Assembly: GCA_043228905.1 (NCBI GenBank)
Contig: JBHGNT010000017.1
Coordinates: 5,456,001-5,520,000 of the forward strand
Reading direction: 5' to 3'
DNA: 64,000 nt
Origin: Azolla caroliniana
Lineage: Eukaryota; Plantae; Polypodiophyta
Numbering within the stretch: position 1 is the first letter of the stretch; every line of letters begins with the position of its first letter. Under the pieces are notes generated by a model. That model searched no databases. It had not been told where the DNA came from and saw only the letters and a program-made list of their open reading frames with translations. This document shows positions 45,485-58,638 of the stretch, in pieces. Position numbers and translations under genes: made by a program.

Positions 45485-48400
45485 AAAATGTGAGAATCCT
45501 AGATTGTGCATTCATGTAAACGAGGCCAAAGGTCAATTTTAGAGTTATTCTATATTTGATGGTGTTTCGGTATTGTTCCTTTAAAGTTTAATGTACCAAA
45601 CTCTTATTAAAAATCATAAGAGCTTAGCATTGCTAACAAGCATAGAATGTAAATTTGTCAAAGCAAATACTACCTTCTCAAAATCGTAGGCAATATTAGT
45701 TTACTATTAAAAAGTGGCGTAAGAGCATTGTTATTGTCATTTGCTCCACAATACCATGAATGAAAATGATGGTTAGAGGGCAACCTTAACGATACATTAT
45801 TTACTTGCAAAAGTAGAAGGGTGTAGTTTAAATTTACAACGTTGCCTTTTGTCTAAACTTTTGGGTTTAGTTCTCATGCACAAGGCTGATCTTGCATTTA
45901 TTATAAGAATTTTAGTTTGAGATTATGAACACTATTAGTTTGATCCCAAAACATTGACATTGAAATTTACTCCATTTGCAATGTTTGAGAATGATACCAT
46001 TGTCTCTGAAAAGGCAATATTAAATATGAGCTTGTTATGGCTAATATTTTAGACGTAAACTTTATGAACATGTTTTCATTAGAAAAGTGGCATATATCAC
46101 TGAAGCAACACCAAGGACACTTGACACCTTTCTATATATGTAATTTTTAAAACAATATTGGATATTCAAAAGTTTGTTACAATAGATATGTGAAGAAATA
46201 ATATGTAGATAGAAGACCTATAGCACAAATATCATAACACAATGGTTTTTTATATACACAACTTTTGCTTTCATTTTTTGAGCATTACGCTAAGTATTTG
46301 GGACACAATTCCATGGGGACGTGCTAGAAACATACTCCTTGTGTTGTGTGTTACAACGTAGTGTAACCATTTTTATGTGATCACTGATCACCAAAACAAA
46401 GACTTCACCTCCTTTAACATTTAAACAAGTAAAGTCTTTGAAAGGCAATTCCTTTGCACATGCCATAAATTACACTTTCCACTTTCTATTGACACATTAT
46501 GCTCTAAAAACATACGTAGTGTCCACTTACCTTTCAAAGATTTTAAAGTTTCAATGCACTTCCCATGTGAGCTTCCTCCTTTTTATTAACTTTCATTACG
46601 TGCTTTGTCCCTTAGAGCACCAGCAAGAGAAATAAACAAGGGTGAAGTAAAGAAGGTTGAATATTGACATTAGACGCAAAGCAAGATAAATCATATGCTT
46701 TCCATTCTTTTGGGAAATATTGTAGCCGATTAACCTTGAAGACACGGAAAGATAGATTACAAATATACCATGCCGCTTATGAGAACTTATCGAGAAGCAA
46801 TGATCCAAAGTTTGAAGATGAACACTTGAATATAGTTGTTGTCTACAATGCTTCACCCATAGGTGTTGTATAAGCTATATTGGTGTCCTTTGTTTGCATT
46901 AAGAATTGATGCTAATAATGAGAAACCCCAGGCATATAGTCTTATGTACTCTATGTGTGCACATGTTCATTCTAAGCTTTTTGAAGTTCCCAAACATTAT
47001 TGGCGTGGAAGACAATTATGGTTATACTTTAAACAATAGTTAAGTTGAAGAGGTTGTTAGATTGTCTTTGTGGCTTTTAAAATTCCATGATGAAATCCAT
47101 TAGAGAGATATTATTCCATTGTTTTTGTGTTAAGTATCTCATATCTTTTTTCATAGAGGCATACAATTGTTTTAGGAAACATGGTCTAAAACTTTAAAGT
47201 AGAGTTGTATTTCAATATGGAAGGGAGTAACTTGGTGTCGTTTTTGTAGAACTAGTTGAGGTTATTTGTATTAGAAAATTTTAGGCATTATAATTATGAT
47301 GTTTTGCTTTAAAAAGTAAATATTTTGATCAATTTCAGTTGTCTTGGATAAAAAGGGTTGTCAAATAATGAGTTCATCAATGACCTATATTCCTTGTTAA
47401 TTCATACTTAAGAGGCAATGCATCACCTTTGTGGCGTGCACATAATGTCTTGTTTGGTTGATACACTAATTAATGAGCTTGGAGAAAGTATGATAGTTTA
47501 CATAGGAATGACATTCATTCGTTCCTTTTGTCATGACATATTATTGGAAAATTGAGCACTTCCGGTATGATAAAGGCTTTGTATAGCACATATAACAACT
47601 GCATGCATTATGAAGAGTTGTCCTTTTTCAATTGCTTGACGTTACACATGGTGATGATGATGGGTTTCAATTATGAGAGTGTGAAGCATTCTTCAATTGA
47701 TTATGCTCTTTGCAATAAGATGACTTAGTACTTGATAGTACAACCATTTGCTAGCTAAATTTGGTGATTGGTTTTGACTCACAATTTGTATTCAATAGCT
47801 CAGTCAAAGGATAACGACATCACATATTTTGCTATTTGAAAATTTTGTTTGCACACCTAGACACTATATCTTGAAGTTAACATGTTATCCATGCATAAAC
47901 TACATCTACGCATACTATATGTCTAAGGGAACTAATACCTTCTCCACATGTCCTAGTTTTGGAAGGCAATAATTGTGAAGCATATTAGTCTGCTATATGT
48001 AGAGCGTAGAGTGGTCCCATCCTAACAAGGGACCCTAGGTGAAGCATTGTACTTTGTAGAGAATTTATACAACACATAGTACATTTCACATTGCACACTG
48101 TCTCGGCCCGATATCCAAGGAGAAGTTTGAAAAGCATGTGAATTCGATCAAACACGTTCCATTTTGATCTTACGACTTGACCTTCCCAAAACAACGCAAG
48201 TGTGAGTAGCATGATAGGTTCAGTGCAATGTGCACTATCACACGATTATTAGAGGCATTTCATTGACTAACGAACAATCTACATAATGTCCATAACCAAA
48301 CACTCATCATACTTTCCATCAAGAAGCTTTTTCTTTATAAAATGTATGACATATGTATGTGTGCCTTGCTCTCTTTCCATGTTCCTATTCGTAAAACATG

Positions 48401-48617
48401 GGCAAAAGGGCATAGTTCGTTGTGTAATCATTAGTTGTGGGTTTTCCGAGGCTTCACATGACCAAGCTTGATGCTGCCTTTTCTTTGACCAAGGGTATAA
48501 ATGAGATACCGTTTAAAAAGAAGATAAGAACTAGAGGGGTACAATCGATATATGTAAAAATGACTCCTTCTAACTAACATGGAAGGGAGGTGGGGAGCAA
48601 GAAGAAATAAAGAAGTG

Positions 48618-48942
48618 AATGTATGCATGTATGCCATGTATGTATGTATGTATGTATGTATGTTGTATGTATGTCATGTGTGCCATGTATGTATTTAAGC
48701 CATGTACGTACGTATGCATGTGTGTATATAAGTGTATGCATGTGCATATGTTTGTTTGTCTAGTCTCTATGCATATCAATGTATGGCTGGATTTATAAGT
48801 AAGTGTATGTATGTACATATGTTTGTATGTCTATGCATATATATGTATAGATGGATGTATAATGTATGTATGTATGTATGTATGTATAATGTACGTACGT
48901 ACGTACGTAAGTAAGTAAGTATGTGTGTATGTACGTATGTAC
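48618..48942. repeat. Degenerate (TATG)n/(TACG)n microsatellite upstream of the galactosyltransferase
   Basis: Runs of TATG, GTAC and GTAA tetramers. Confidence 0.9.
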
Positions 48943-49091
48943 AAAATTGTAAAATGTAAAGGTATCCCCCCTCTGCCTTGTCTCTTATTTTCCATACAAT
49001 TAATCTACATTAATCATATAGCTATACCTGACTCTTGATCAGGTGTAATTATTATATATATATATATGTTTGTTAGACAGATTACAGGTAT

Positions 49092-52000
49092 ATGATGGCT
49101 AATTGTCTGTTAAGAAGGGGTTATGAAGTGATTAGGCTTGGTCATCATCATCATCACCATCACCACAAGAATGATGGCTGTTGGGTATGGGGCAGCATTC
49201 TATGCAGCACTGTTTGCAGTAGCATTTTATGCATCCTAGTGGCCTTACCAATGCTCCTACTTACCCACAGGTGCCTGCCAATTCACAGATTTAACTTCAT
49301 AATATACATCATCATCATCATCATTATCATCATATTATTCTGATTAATATAAGTTGTTGCTGTTCCGTTTACATTAATAATCACTAAGCTACTTAATTAC
49401 TTCATTCATTCCTGTTTTTATGAATCCGTTGTAGGCCTCCTTTATACAAACTAGACACCACATTCACATTCACATCATCATCAGTTGCTCCATTATCATC
49501 ATGCTTCCACCTGCCCATACCTCAAGTACCTGCAGGTATTTACTAGTATTCTTTGCTTCCATGTTTTTGTAACCATATCTATTTATGTGCATGCATGTAT
49601 ATATGTGTACATATGTCCGGTATGTGCATGTTTCCATATTTTGTATTTGTATGTGTGTAATTTGGAGTGGATAGCATACTATGATGAATCTTGATGGAAA
49701 CTATCAGCTCCATGATTTCAAGTGCAGATAAAAGGCACGATCATGAGTTGGAACCATCACATAGTATCATCGCTCATCATGAAGCAAACCTTCAACCAGA
49801 GGGTTCTCCACATCCAGAAGCAGATAATTCTTACATGACCACTAGCAAGTTACTGTATAGCACTCCAAGAAGGAATGGCGATGAGCCCCCGAATCGACCC
49901 AAAGTGTTTGTCTTTGTCGGAATCATTACTGCATTTAGCAGCCGAAGACGCCGTGATTCCATTCGACAAACATGGATGCCAAGAGGTTCGATCATTACAT
50001 GCAATACACACTCACTCACACAGGATATGTCTTAGACAAAGATCTTCACTACCATTACCACATTGATAATTTAATCAGACCTAACATTTTCAGGGAACAT
50101 AAAAGTGGTGAGACCTTGTTGAAACTAGTACATAAATGGGAAAAATATGTCTATAACTTCTTAACTGGTATAAGAAATGTCAAAAAATCCAGTATTATGT
50201 TCTACGTGGCATAGAAATTTCGTGGAATTGTCTGATTTTAAATATATATATTGTGGTCCAATCAAAGATACGGAAAGCCACAGTTTTCATAATTGGCATT
50301 TGAAACATTACATGCATGTCGTTACTGCATATAGTTATTTCATCTTACATTAATTTATACTTGAAACACTGGAGGTTTTTAATTATTGAATCGAGTATAT
50401 TTTAAGCGTATCAGGTGAAAAGTTGACAAGATTGGAGAAGGAGAAGGGTATTGTTGTCAGATTTGTAATAGGCCATGGGTAAGACATAGAAACAATACTT
50501 TACATACATACATTTAAAAACTGTGTTTGCATACACTGCTTCAATTTATGGAAGTTTGCAATATGATCATAAGATGAATCTTATGCCTCATTTTCTGGTT
50601 TTGTTCTTATTATAAGATCAACCCATGATAGTATTTTGTGTGATATATTATAGTGGCACTCGTGGTGGTATTCTGGACCGAGCTATCGAAGCTGAAGACT
50701 CGCAACACCATGACTTTTTGAGATTGCAAGTGAGATTTGATTATAATGCTCATGGAATGCTTAATTCACAAGATTTCTTACAGGCTCACATTTTCTCCAC
50801 TTAATATATGATCTGATCTAAACATTCCCCCCCCCCCCCCCCCCCCACTTGTGTATGATTTCTAGACATCTCTAGGACTAGGACATGATGACTCATGTTT
50901 CCTAGTTCCCTGATTTTGACACATTTTCCCCATTCTCTACAACAAATCTAGAAATGTTCCTTTGCCATTTGCGAAGAAACTTACCGTGCTATTATTACAT
51001 ATGCTCAATGTGTTGGATACAAATTAATAATGCACTGGAGTAGCATTCCTTTTGGATCGATAATGAGGTTTGAATTTGCTCACTAATTATTAGATGATTG
51101 ACAGGCACATGGCGAAGGGTATCATGAATTATCAGCCAAAACAAAGATGTATTTCGCTACTGCCGTCTCCACATGGGATGCCGAGTATTATGTGAAAGTG
51201 GATGATGATGTGCATGTGAACTTGGGTGAGACAGATTAAAGAAAATCCACACATACATCTTATAACAAAGAGACGCATCTTATGATATATGTAATCATGT
51301 TGGATCATGATTGATATGGGATACATACATCATTGTAGGGGCTCTTGCCGCAACTCTAGCCCGACATCGAACCCGACCACGCATTTACATTGGTTGCATG
51401 AAATCTGGCCCTGTTCTTGCACAAAAGTAAGGTTCCATTTTATTTTTCTTTAATGTATACTGATGAATTGACGGAACTTATGTACAAAACTTAATGTTCA
51501 GTTGTGGATTCTTATTCATGGTGCTAATTTTTCTCCGACTCGAATTGGGGCTTTTAAATACTACAATACACAAATAAGAGGCAATACATCGCACACTGTG
51601 ATTTGCATTAAAATATCTTGCATTTACAGGGGAGTAAGATATCATGAGCCAGAGCACTGGAAATTTGGTGAACCCGGAAACAAATACTTCCGACATGCCA
51701 CTGGACAATTCTATGCCATTTCTCGTGACTTAGCGGTGTATATATCCAAAAACATGTCAGTTCTCGAAAGCCTCGCTGTTTAAAATCATGATAACTCCTG
51801 CTAATGGAAGATTTTGCTAGACTTATGTAACCTTCTTAACTACAGTGACATATTACACAAATATGCCAATGAAGATGTTTCACTAGGGGCATGGTTTATT
51901 GGCCTTGACGTCGACCACATTGATGACAGAAGAATGTGTTGTGGTACTCCTCCTGGTAAGCTCAGCAATTTCAATGTAGTACTCCAATTGAAGTTATGTC

Positions 52001-52295
52001 AGACCAGTTCAAAACCTTTGGGGTGCCATGACTCACGACATATATGATTTTTTAACATGATTTTCTTCTTAGAAGAGTATTACCCCATGTTCTCAATTAT
52101 AATTTGTTTGCAGATTGTGAATGGAAGTTGCAAGCAGGCAATGCATGTGTTGCATCATTTGATTGGTCATGTAGTGGGATTTGTAAATCTGTGGATAGAT
52201 TAAAGAGTATACATGAAAGATGCGGTGAAAGTCATGAATCGCGGGCACTATCGAATTCGAGTCACATTTTCGCTCATCGCCAATCCATGAGTTAA
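49092..52295 (+). CDS. GT31 family beta-1,3-galactosyltransferase (B3GALT-like), 10 exons
   Basis: Exons 49092-49270, 49435-49535, 49728-49985 ([24 protein letters not shown]), 50415-50478, 50654-50729 ([12 protein letters not shown]), 51105-51225 ([23 protein letters not shown]), 51339-51426 ([11 protein letters not shown]), 51630-51755 ([19 protein letters not shown]), 51846-51955 ([17 protein letters not shown]), 52114-52295 (DWSCSGIC). Phases are consistent; N-terminal TM segment. Confidence 0.93.
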
Positions 52296-54937
52296 CCACA
52301 AATTTGCATTCTCAAAAGCATGCAATAATGAATTTTTTCGTGGATTGAGATCTGCTCATGCCCTTTAGTATATTGAAGATGTGGGTTTAGTGTCATCAAG
52401 CTAATCACAATATCCCTCTAACATTCTTAGAAGCTTCAAATGAGTAAAATTATATTTGCTTGATCCATGTCCAACCTATTTATAAGGACTAGGATTTGAG
52501 TCTCTCATTACCTCGCATGGGTAATATACATGTATAATTTTTGACAAAAATGTATCAATTCCATCTGCATAATGATGAATCAATGTGCCATTATTAAATA
52601 TGGCATAATTTATATGGATTGCAAGAGGAATTAATTATGTTAATATTTCAATGCAATACCCATCTTGAATATAACCTTGGATGATTATCTTATCCATTGT
52701 CTTTTGCTTAGCCTTTATAGGTTGTATGTAAACAAAGATTGGTTTTTTCTCAAATTCAATTGACTCCTACATAGTATGCACCAATTTATATAAAACCTTA
52801 TTTTTTAGTCTTGCTTTTATTGTCTCATATGAACTTTTCCGGTAATTTAGTCTCTCTATTACATGTGCCTTGAGAGCCTTGGGATATCTGGTCCTAATAT
52901 GGGGAACCTTGCTCTTCTTGACAAACCAATATTGATCACATACTACAATGCAATGTTGCACCCAATCACCAATAATAGTAGTAATATCCATGTGCACACT
53001 AGTTGAAAGTGAAAAACCAAGCAAAGTTGTGGAAATGGATTGCATAAAATATTGTGAGGCAGCCATTGTTTATGCATTTGAATGTTGAAACTGTGCAACT
53101 AGTTCATCTTTCTTTAATCAAAGTTAAGAACTTTAACCATATTTAGATTCTTTTCTTAATGGTGGGAATTGTCAAATGAATTAGACATCAAACCTCTATC
53201 GTGCACTGAAGGAAATCTTTGAAGTTAATTAAGATTGAGATCTTCATTGGCTAAGATCTTGGGACAAGCGCATGACATCTCGTCTTTACTAATCATGATT
53301 TGATTGCTTACTTTGCCCAACATTCATATGCTTCTTGCATCACCCACAACATTATCCCAAGTTCATTGTATTACACGAGAATAGGTAGCTAAAGCACGTT
53401 GGGTCAACAAAAGGGGTTTTTAAATCCTTTTCTTACACGTATGAGGTTTAGGGTACACTTATCTTTATAAAAAGGCGAGATAAAATGGTTTTTTAAATAG
53501 GCCCATTAATGGACATGATATAGAATTTTTCAATATGTGAACCCCCAAGCTCCTCTTTGCCTCATATGTTGCCTTTGATGTAGGTGTTTCTAGTCAAAAG
53601 GATCCACTAATTGTGTTGAAAAGCCAAGTGACTTTTGCTGCCAATATACGTCATTACTTGACACCACATTGGAAAGAATACATTCAGCACCTAAATGCAT
53701 AAAAACTTTGCTTAAAGAAAAGTCTACATCATTACATGTGTGTTAGAAACTTGGCTTATAAGCATATAGATACGATTTAATTAATAACTGTGGATGTATG
53801 GCCTATCTCATAAAGAGTCATACTACTTATGTTCATGCCTATCATTTGTTGATACGGTAATCTTTATAGAGCATACTTTTATAAGCATTGCCTTACAATA
53901 GGTGATGCAACCATTTTTGAACTTGGGGGTCATGGAAATTGAATTTGTAAGACCATATTTTCATGATTTTCAACCCTTGAGTTGTGAACATTGAGTATGA
54001 ATTTGAACCTACAACTAAAAGGTTATAAAGCATAAACTTCGCACACAAATTTGCACTCATTTGGGTTGTATAACTAATGTAATGATTCACATGTGGGCAA
54101 TTCCATGTGTAGCTTTCATTTAACCTTTTAAAGAAAATCGGTTCCATGAAAATAAAATGAACATTAACATTCTCAACATCGTTGAATTGCATTAGATAAA
54201 GCTCTTGGTATTTGATAGTTTCTACTATCTAACAACTTTCTCGATGAAATCAAATCAAATGTTATTTTTTTCATTATAGGCATTAAGTTTCTTGTGGTGT
54301 CTATGCTTAGATGTAATTCAAGTTTTGTTTAATGCGGTTTGAATTATGCTCATTTTTCTTATTGTTATGAATGCTTTTATTTTATTTTCTAAGTACAAGA
54401 AGTAATTTGACAACTTCCATATGTCTTCATTAGGTTGAAATGCTCTCGTGAAATATACTCCCCATCAATGTGATCCTATGAGATCATTGATTGTACTTCA
54501 TGGTAGCCTTCATTAAATGCAGCGTATCTTAATTTAAATGGACAACACGAGGATGTAAAGGCAAATATTATACATAGTTAGCAATCAAAGGCTACAAAGA
54601 TAAGTGCGAAGTGACAAATTCAATGTTACATCTAGTATAACAAATCCTTTTGTTTTTAGCATCACAAATTCACTTTCCTAGGATATTAATAAATCTAGGT
54701 TTTTGAACAAAAAGGATTGGCACAAACATACTCTCTATATATGTATAATGTACTTATTTTATATATATATTGAATTAGTATGTAGTATGTACTAATCTCT
54801 CTTGTCTTGAATAGATAGATCTATAGGCTTTTCAACAAATTTCATTTAAGATTAGACTTTTTAACAAAGGCCGGTTTATTTGCCTTGGTTGGACTATACC
54901 CCAATTGTACACCATTCTATCAACAAAGGTCTTCATC

Positions 54938-54985
<48 letters not shown>

Positions 54986-55999
54986 CAATTTATATTAATT
55001 GCATGTAAAAACCATTGTTACTATTTCTTAGTCTTCTCTACCTACTGTATATAGGTAGAATGTAATATTTTTAAAGCCATTGAAAACTTAAACATGCATT
55101 TGAGGAAATGATCCCCACATGCTCCAATATACCTTTCAATCCCCTCCCCCCCTCTCTTTTCTTAAAAAGTTTCTCCAAGTCAAGAAACAAACATCATATA
55201 CCCTCCTACTTCTTCTAACGGAATCACTTCTCATTAAGATCATGGCCATGGAAAGTATTATTTAAACTTTAATACATGCTTAAGGCTCAAAAAATTTCCT
55301 TGCATTAACTTCCTAGAATCGCATAGGAAGCAAGCAAAACGATCTAAGAGACACATAAAAGCAAGATTTTGTGTTCTAGTTAGATGCAAGATGTGGAATT
55401 TTGGTTTGGAATTTGGGATCCAAGACATTTGTTTCACGATGTGTCATAGACTTCTTTGTGAATCATGCCTTTTCGCAACGCCAATATATCATGACATGAG
55501 AAAAATGTGGAGGCTCGCGCTTCACATATTAATGTTGCACCTAACAAAAAAACCATGTTCTTCACCGAACGGGGAAACCACACACATCAATACATGTTAT
55601 AGCCCATCCCGTTGTCTACCATCCAAACCATTGCTTCCATGCAACTTAGCTCACACGCACTACAATGTGAGACAAGGCGTTTGGGCACAAGTGATGAGAA
55701 TAATAAGTTATTCACACTTTGTCCTAAACAAGTATAATTGTCTAAGTATCACGCTTTTATACAATGCTCTACCTTTGATCACATCCGAGTTTTCCACACA
55801 TCTTCGACCAAACCTAATCTTTGCACAAGTTTCTCTCACAATCACTTACACATTCATTGTAAAGTTCTTGAACATCAGTTGTCACTACTCATTTTCACAT
55901 GTAGTATGTGAAAATGTTATATTTTTTTGTCTCATGGGTCATATTTCACCTTCAAAGACAATAATAAAATCCATCCACCCATAGATCCATCTCTCGTAA

Positions 56000-57950
56000 A
56001 ATCAGTAAATATTTTAAAATGATATGATATTGCCAAAAAGTGTAAACATCCCCAGTATTATTGTAATGATGCTATGGTGAGCCAAACTGTCAAAGGTCTT
56101 GTAAGACCAAGTGACATAAAAGTCGTTCCCCCAAGGACAACTTAGCTCCAAAAATTGTTAAATAGATTTTCCTTTCAATCGACAATATCCATTTGCTCGC
56201 TCAGTCACTCACCACACACGCACTTTGTGTGTAAATAATGCATTTCATTACGAAAGAAAACACCACCATGACTAACTTACAACAAACAACTATGAGGATC
56301 TAAATATTATGAACTTGATTTCGCCCTACACACCAATTCAAATGACAAATATGATGACTTGTGAACTTCGACAATAACTTCTCTTCATGGTTGAGATTCC
56401 ATTACTTTTATGAGACTGTTAATTGCCACAAAAGAAGTCCTTTTAACTTTGCAACATATTTCCTCGCCCCACCTTGTGAATATAAATAAAGGCATTTTGC
56501 ATAATCGTATTGAACCATATATTCCAATACCTCAAGAACTCAAAAAGCATTTTGAAATGGGGCATCACTCCATTGTTCTCCACCTATTGAATGGGGATAG
56601 TCTTACTCCAATCAAAGATATCCACACTAAATTGATACACCTCCAAACTACTCTAGCCATCGTCCATGAAAGAAATCAATGTATAATGCTCTAATTCCAT
56701 TGAACAAAGAGAAGTACATTCCACTAGCAATCTTTCCTTTGTTTAATGCATCCTCCATTGGTAAAGCTCCAATCATAACTCTCTAAATGAGTACCTTAGC
56801 TCGTAACATCAATTTGGTACTAACCTCCTGTGATCACATGAAACCACCAAGTGTTGGGCTTATGAAAACCCCATACCTTTATAAGTCTTTATTCCATTTG
56901 TTTATGTTTGCCAATAAACTCGTGATGAGCATCATAGTCGGTCTCCTATTTCCAACAAATGCCCAATCAAGTTCTTGAGATCCACCATCTAAATCAAGAT
57001 TTGGGTCATGCAATGATAATGATCCTTGCAACTTACCCCAAATAAAGTTATAACCTCTTGGAATACAAAACGTTGATCTTGTTGTTTGCAACTTATCCCA
57101 AATAAAGTTATAACCTCTTGGAATACAAATTGTTGATGTTATTGTTTTGAATGCCATTAATATTCACTGTGAAAACCAACATAGCATCCTCCATCATTAC
57201 CAAACCTAATCTAGCCATCTAATTAAGTTGAAGATTAAGAAGTTTTTTACCTTCCCACCCCAATAACATTGTCTTTGCCAAAACCTCTATTTGAAATGAA
57301 TTGGCACATTCCATTTATTTCGAAGGATGTCATCACACAAAATCTACATATAGCCTACTAAGATGTCAACAAATGATTACCTATCATAAACCTTTGTATG
57401 TTTGACATGCATTTTAGAATTAATGACATTCCAACAATTAGTTTCAACCTATGTGTTTCCAAGCTTAATTCCTATTTTTGCAATAAACTAGTCACCATTT
57501 CCATGCAAGGTTATACGAACTCAAACATAAACCAAATGAAGGTAAAGCGATTAGCTATCATATGCTCATATAAATTCAATATTGATGTTAGACTAAGATT
57601 CTTAGGAGTACAAACATGATCCCATGCTAACCATGATATTGTAATTTTCCCTTCCATAACAACATCCACATTTAGTGTGACACTATTTCAAGAACTTTCT
57701 TCAACATGGTAGTAAATGAAGACAATAACATACCGTAGGAACCAAAATCAATTGGACTACCTTTACTATGTATTAAAATGAAACGACCAGAATTGAGACC
57801 TCCAATACATAAACTTAATCTCCATTTGTTTAGATGCCCACTCTATAAGTTTCACATGTGACATTTCCACCATGATTAGATATCCAAGGTGATGGAAAAT
57901 CACACAGCAAGGCAGTAAAGGCATGATGCACAATCCTTCTTGACCACATG
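56000..57950 (-). mobile_element. Highly degraded L1-type LINE ORF2 remnant (contains a 60-bp tandem duplication at ~57025-57140)
   Basis: rc near 57600-57660 reads WKGK...AWDHVCTPK, like the post-RT WxxVCxPK motif of plant L1 LINEs; many stops. Confidence 0.5.
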
Positions 57951-57997
57951 AACTCTAACACATCATGTTTTGTACATGAAGCGAGGACGCACCATGT

Positions 57998-58090
57998 TCC
58001 CTCCCTCCCTCCCTCCCTCCCTCTCTCTTACACACACACACACGCGCGCGCGCGCGCGCGAGCACTTGAGCACCGGTGCACCCCCCTCAC

Positions 58091-58128
<38 letters not shown>
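57998..58128. repeat. Compound microsatellite (CCCT)n/(AC)n/(GC)n upstream of the KEA gene
   Basis: Read directly; AC run passing into ~9 CG dinucleotides at ~58042-58060. Confidence 0.9.
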
Positions 58129-58129
<1 letters not shown>

Positions 58130-58638
58130 TCTATAGTTGATTCAAGTTACAGTCTCTGAAAGCAAAGTCATGCAATTTGGAAGAACGACGCAAAACGTTC
58201 GACTCTCAGTAGTGGCACAACCACAACCACAACCACATTGCATTAGTAGTAGGATCATATTGAGACGATCTGCAAACAAAGACCAGGACTGCATACATAG
58301 CAGACTCACACACATGAGGTTTAAAGATGGATATGATTCGATTAGAAGAAGAATTATATACATACATACTACTACTACTACTACTACTACAGTACACAAC
58401 ACCATACCATGTATGCTAATAATTTTTAGTGAATACTCCAAAAGGCAACAAAAAACCATGAATACATTACATACATAGTATAAATTGAAACACACACACA
58501 CACACACGTTCCTCGTTCTTTTTTTCTCTTCTCTTCACCATCTCTCTGTCTCTGTCTCTGTCTCTATTGAATTCGTAGAAGGAGCTGCTCCCAGAAGAAG
58601 AAGAAGAAGAAGAAGAAGAAGAAGAAGGTTCGAGAGCC

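Noticed and set aside
45500-48300. Possible decayed DNA-transposon coding remnants (also 52767-54700)
   Set aside because: No diagnostic motif or terminal repeat could be recognised without a profile search.
50827-50846. C20 homopolymer in a GT31 intron as a G-quadruplex element
   Set aside because: A simple repeat of unreliable length with no supporting context.
55391-55984. 197-aa ORF
   Set aside because: No recognisable homology; lies beside degraded LINE sequence and is probably spurious.
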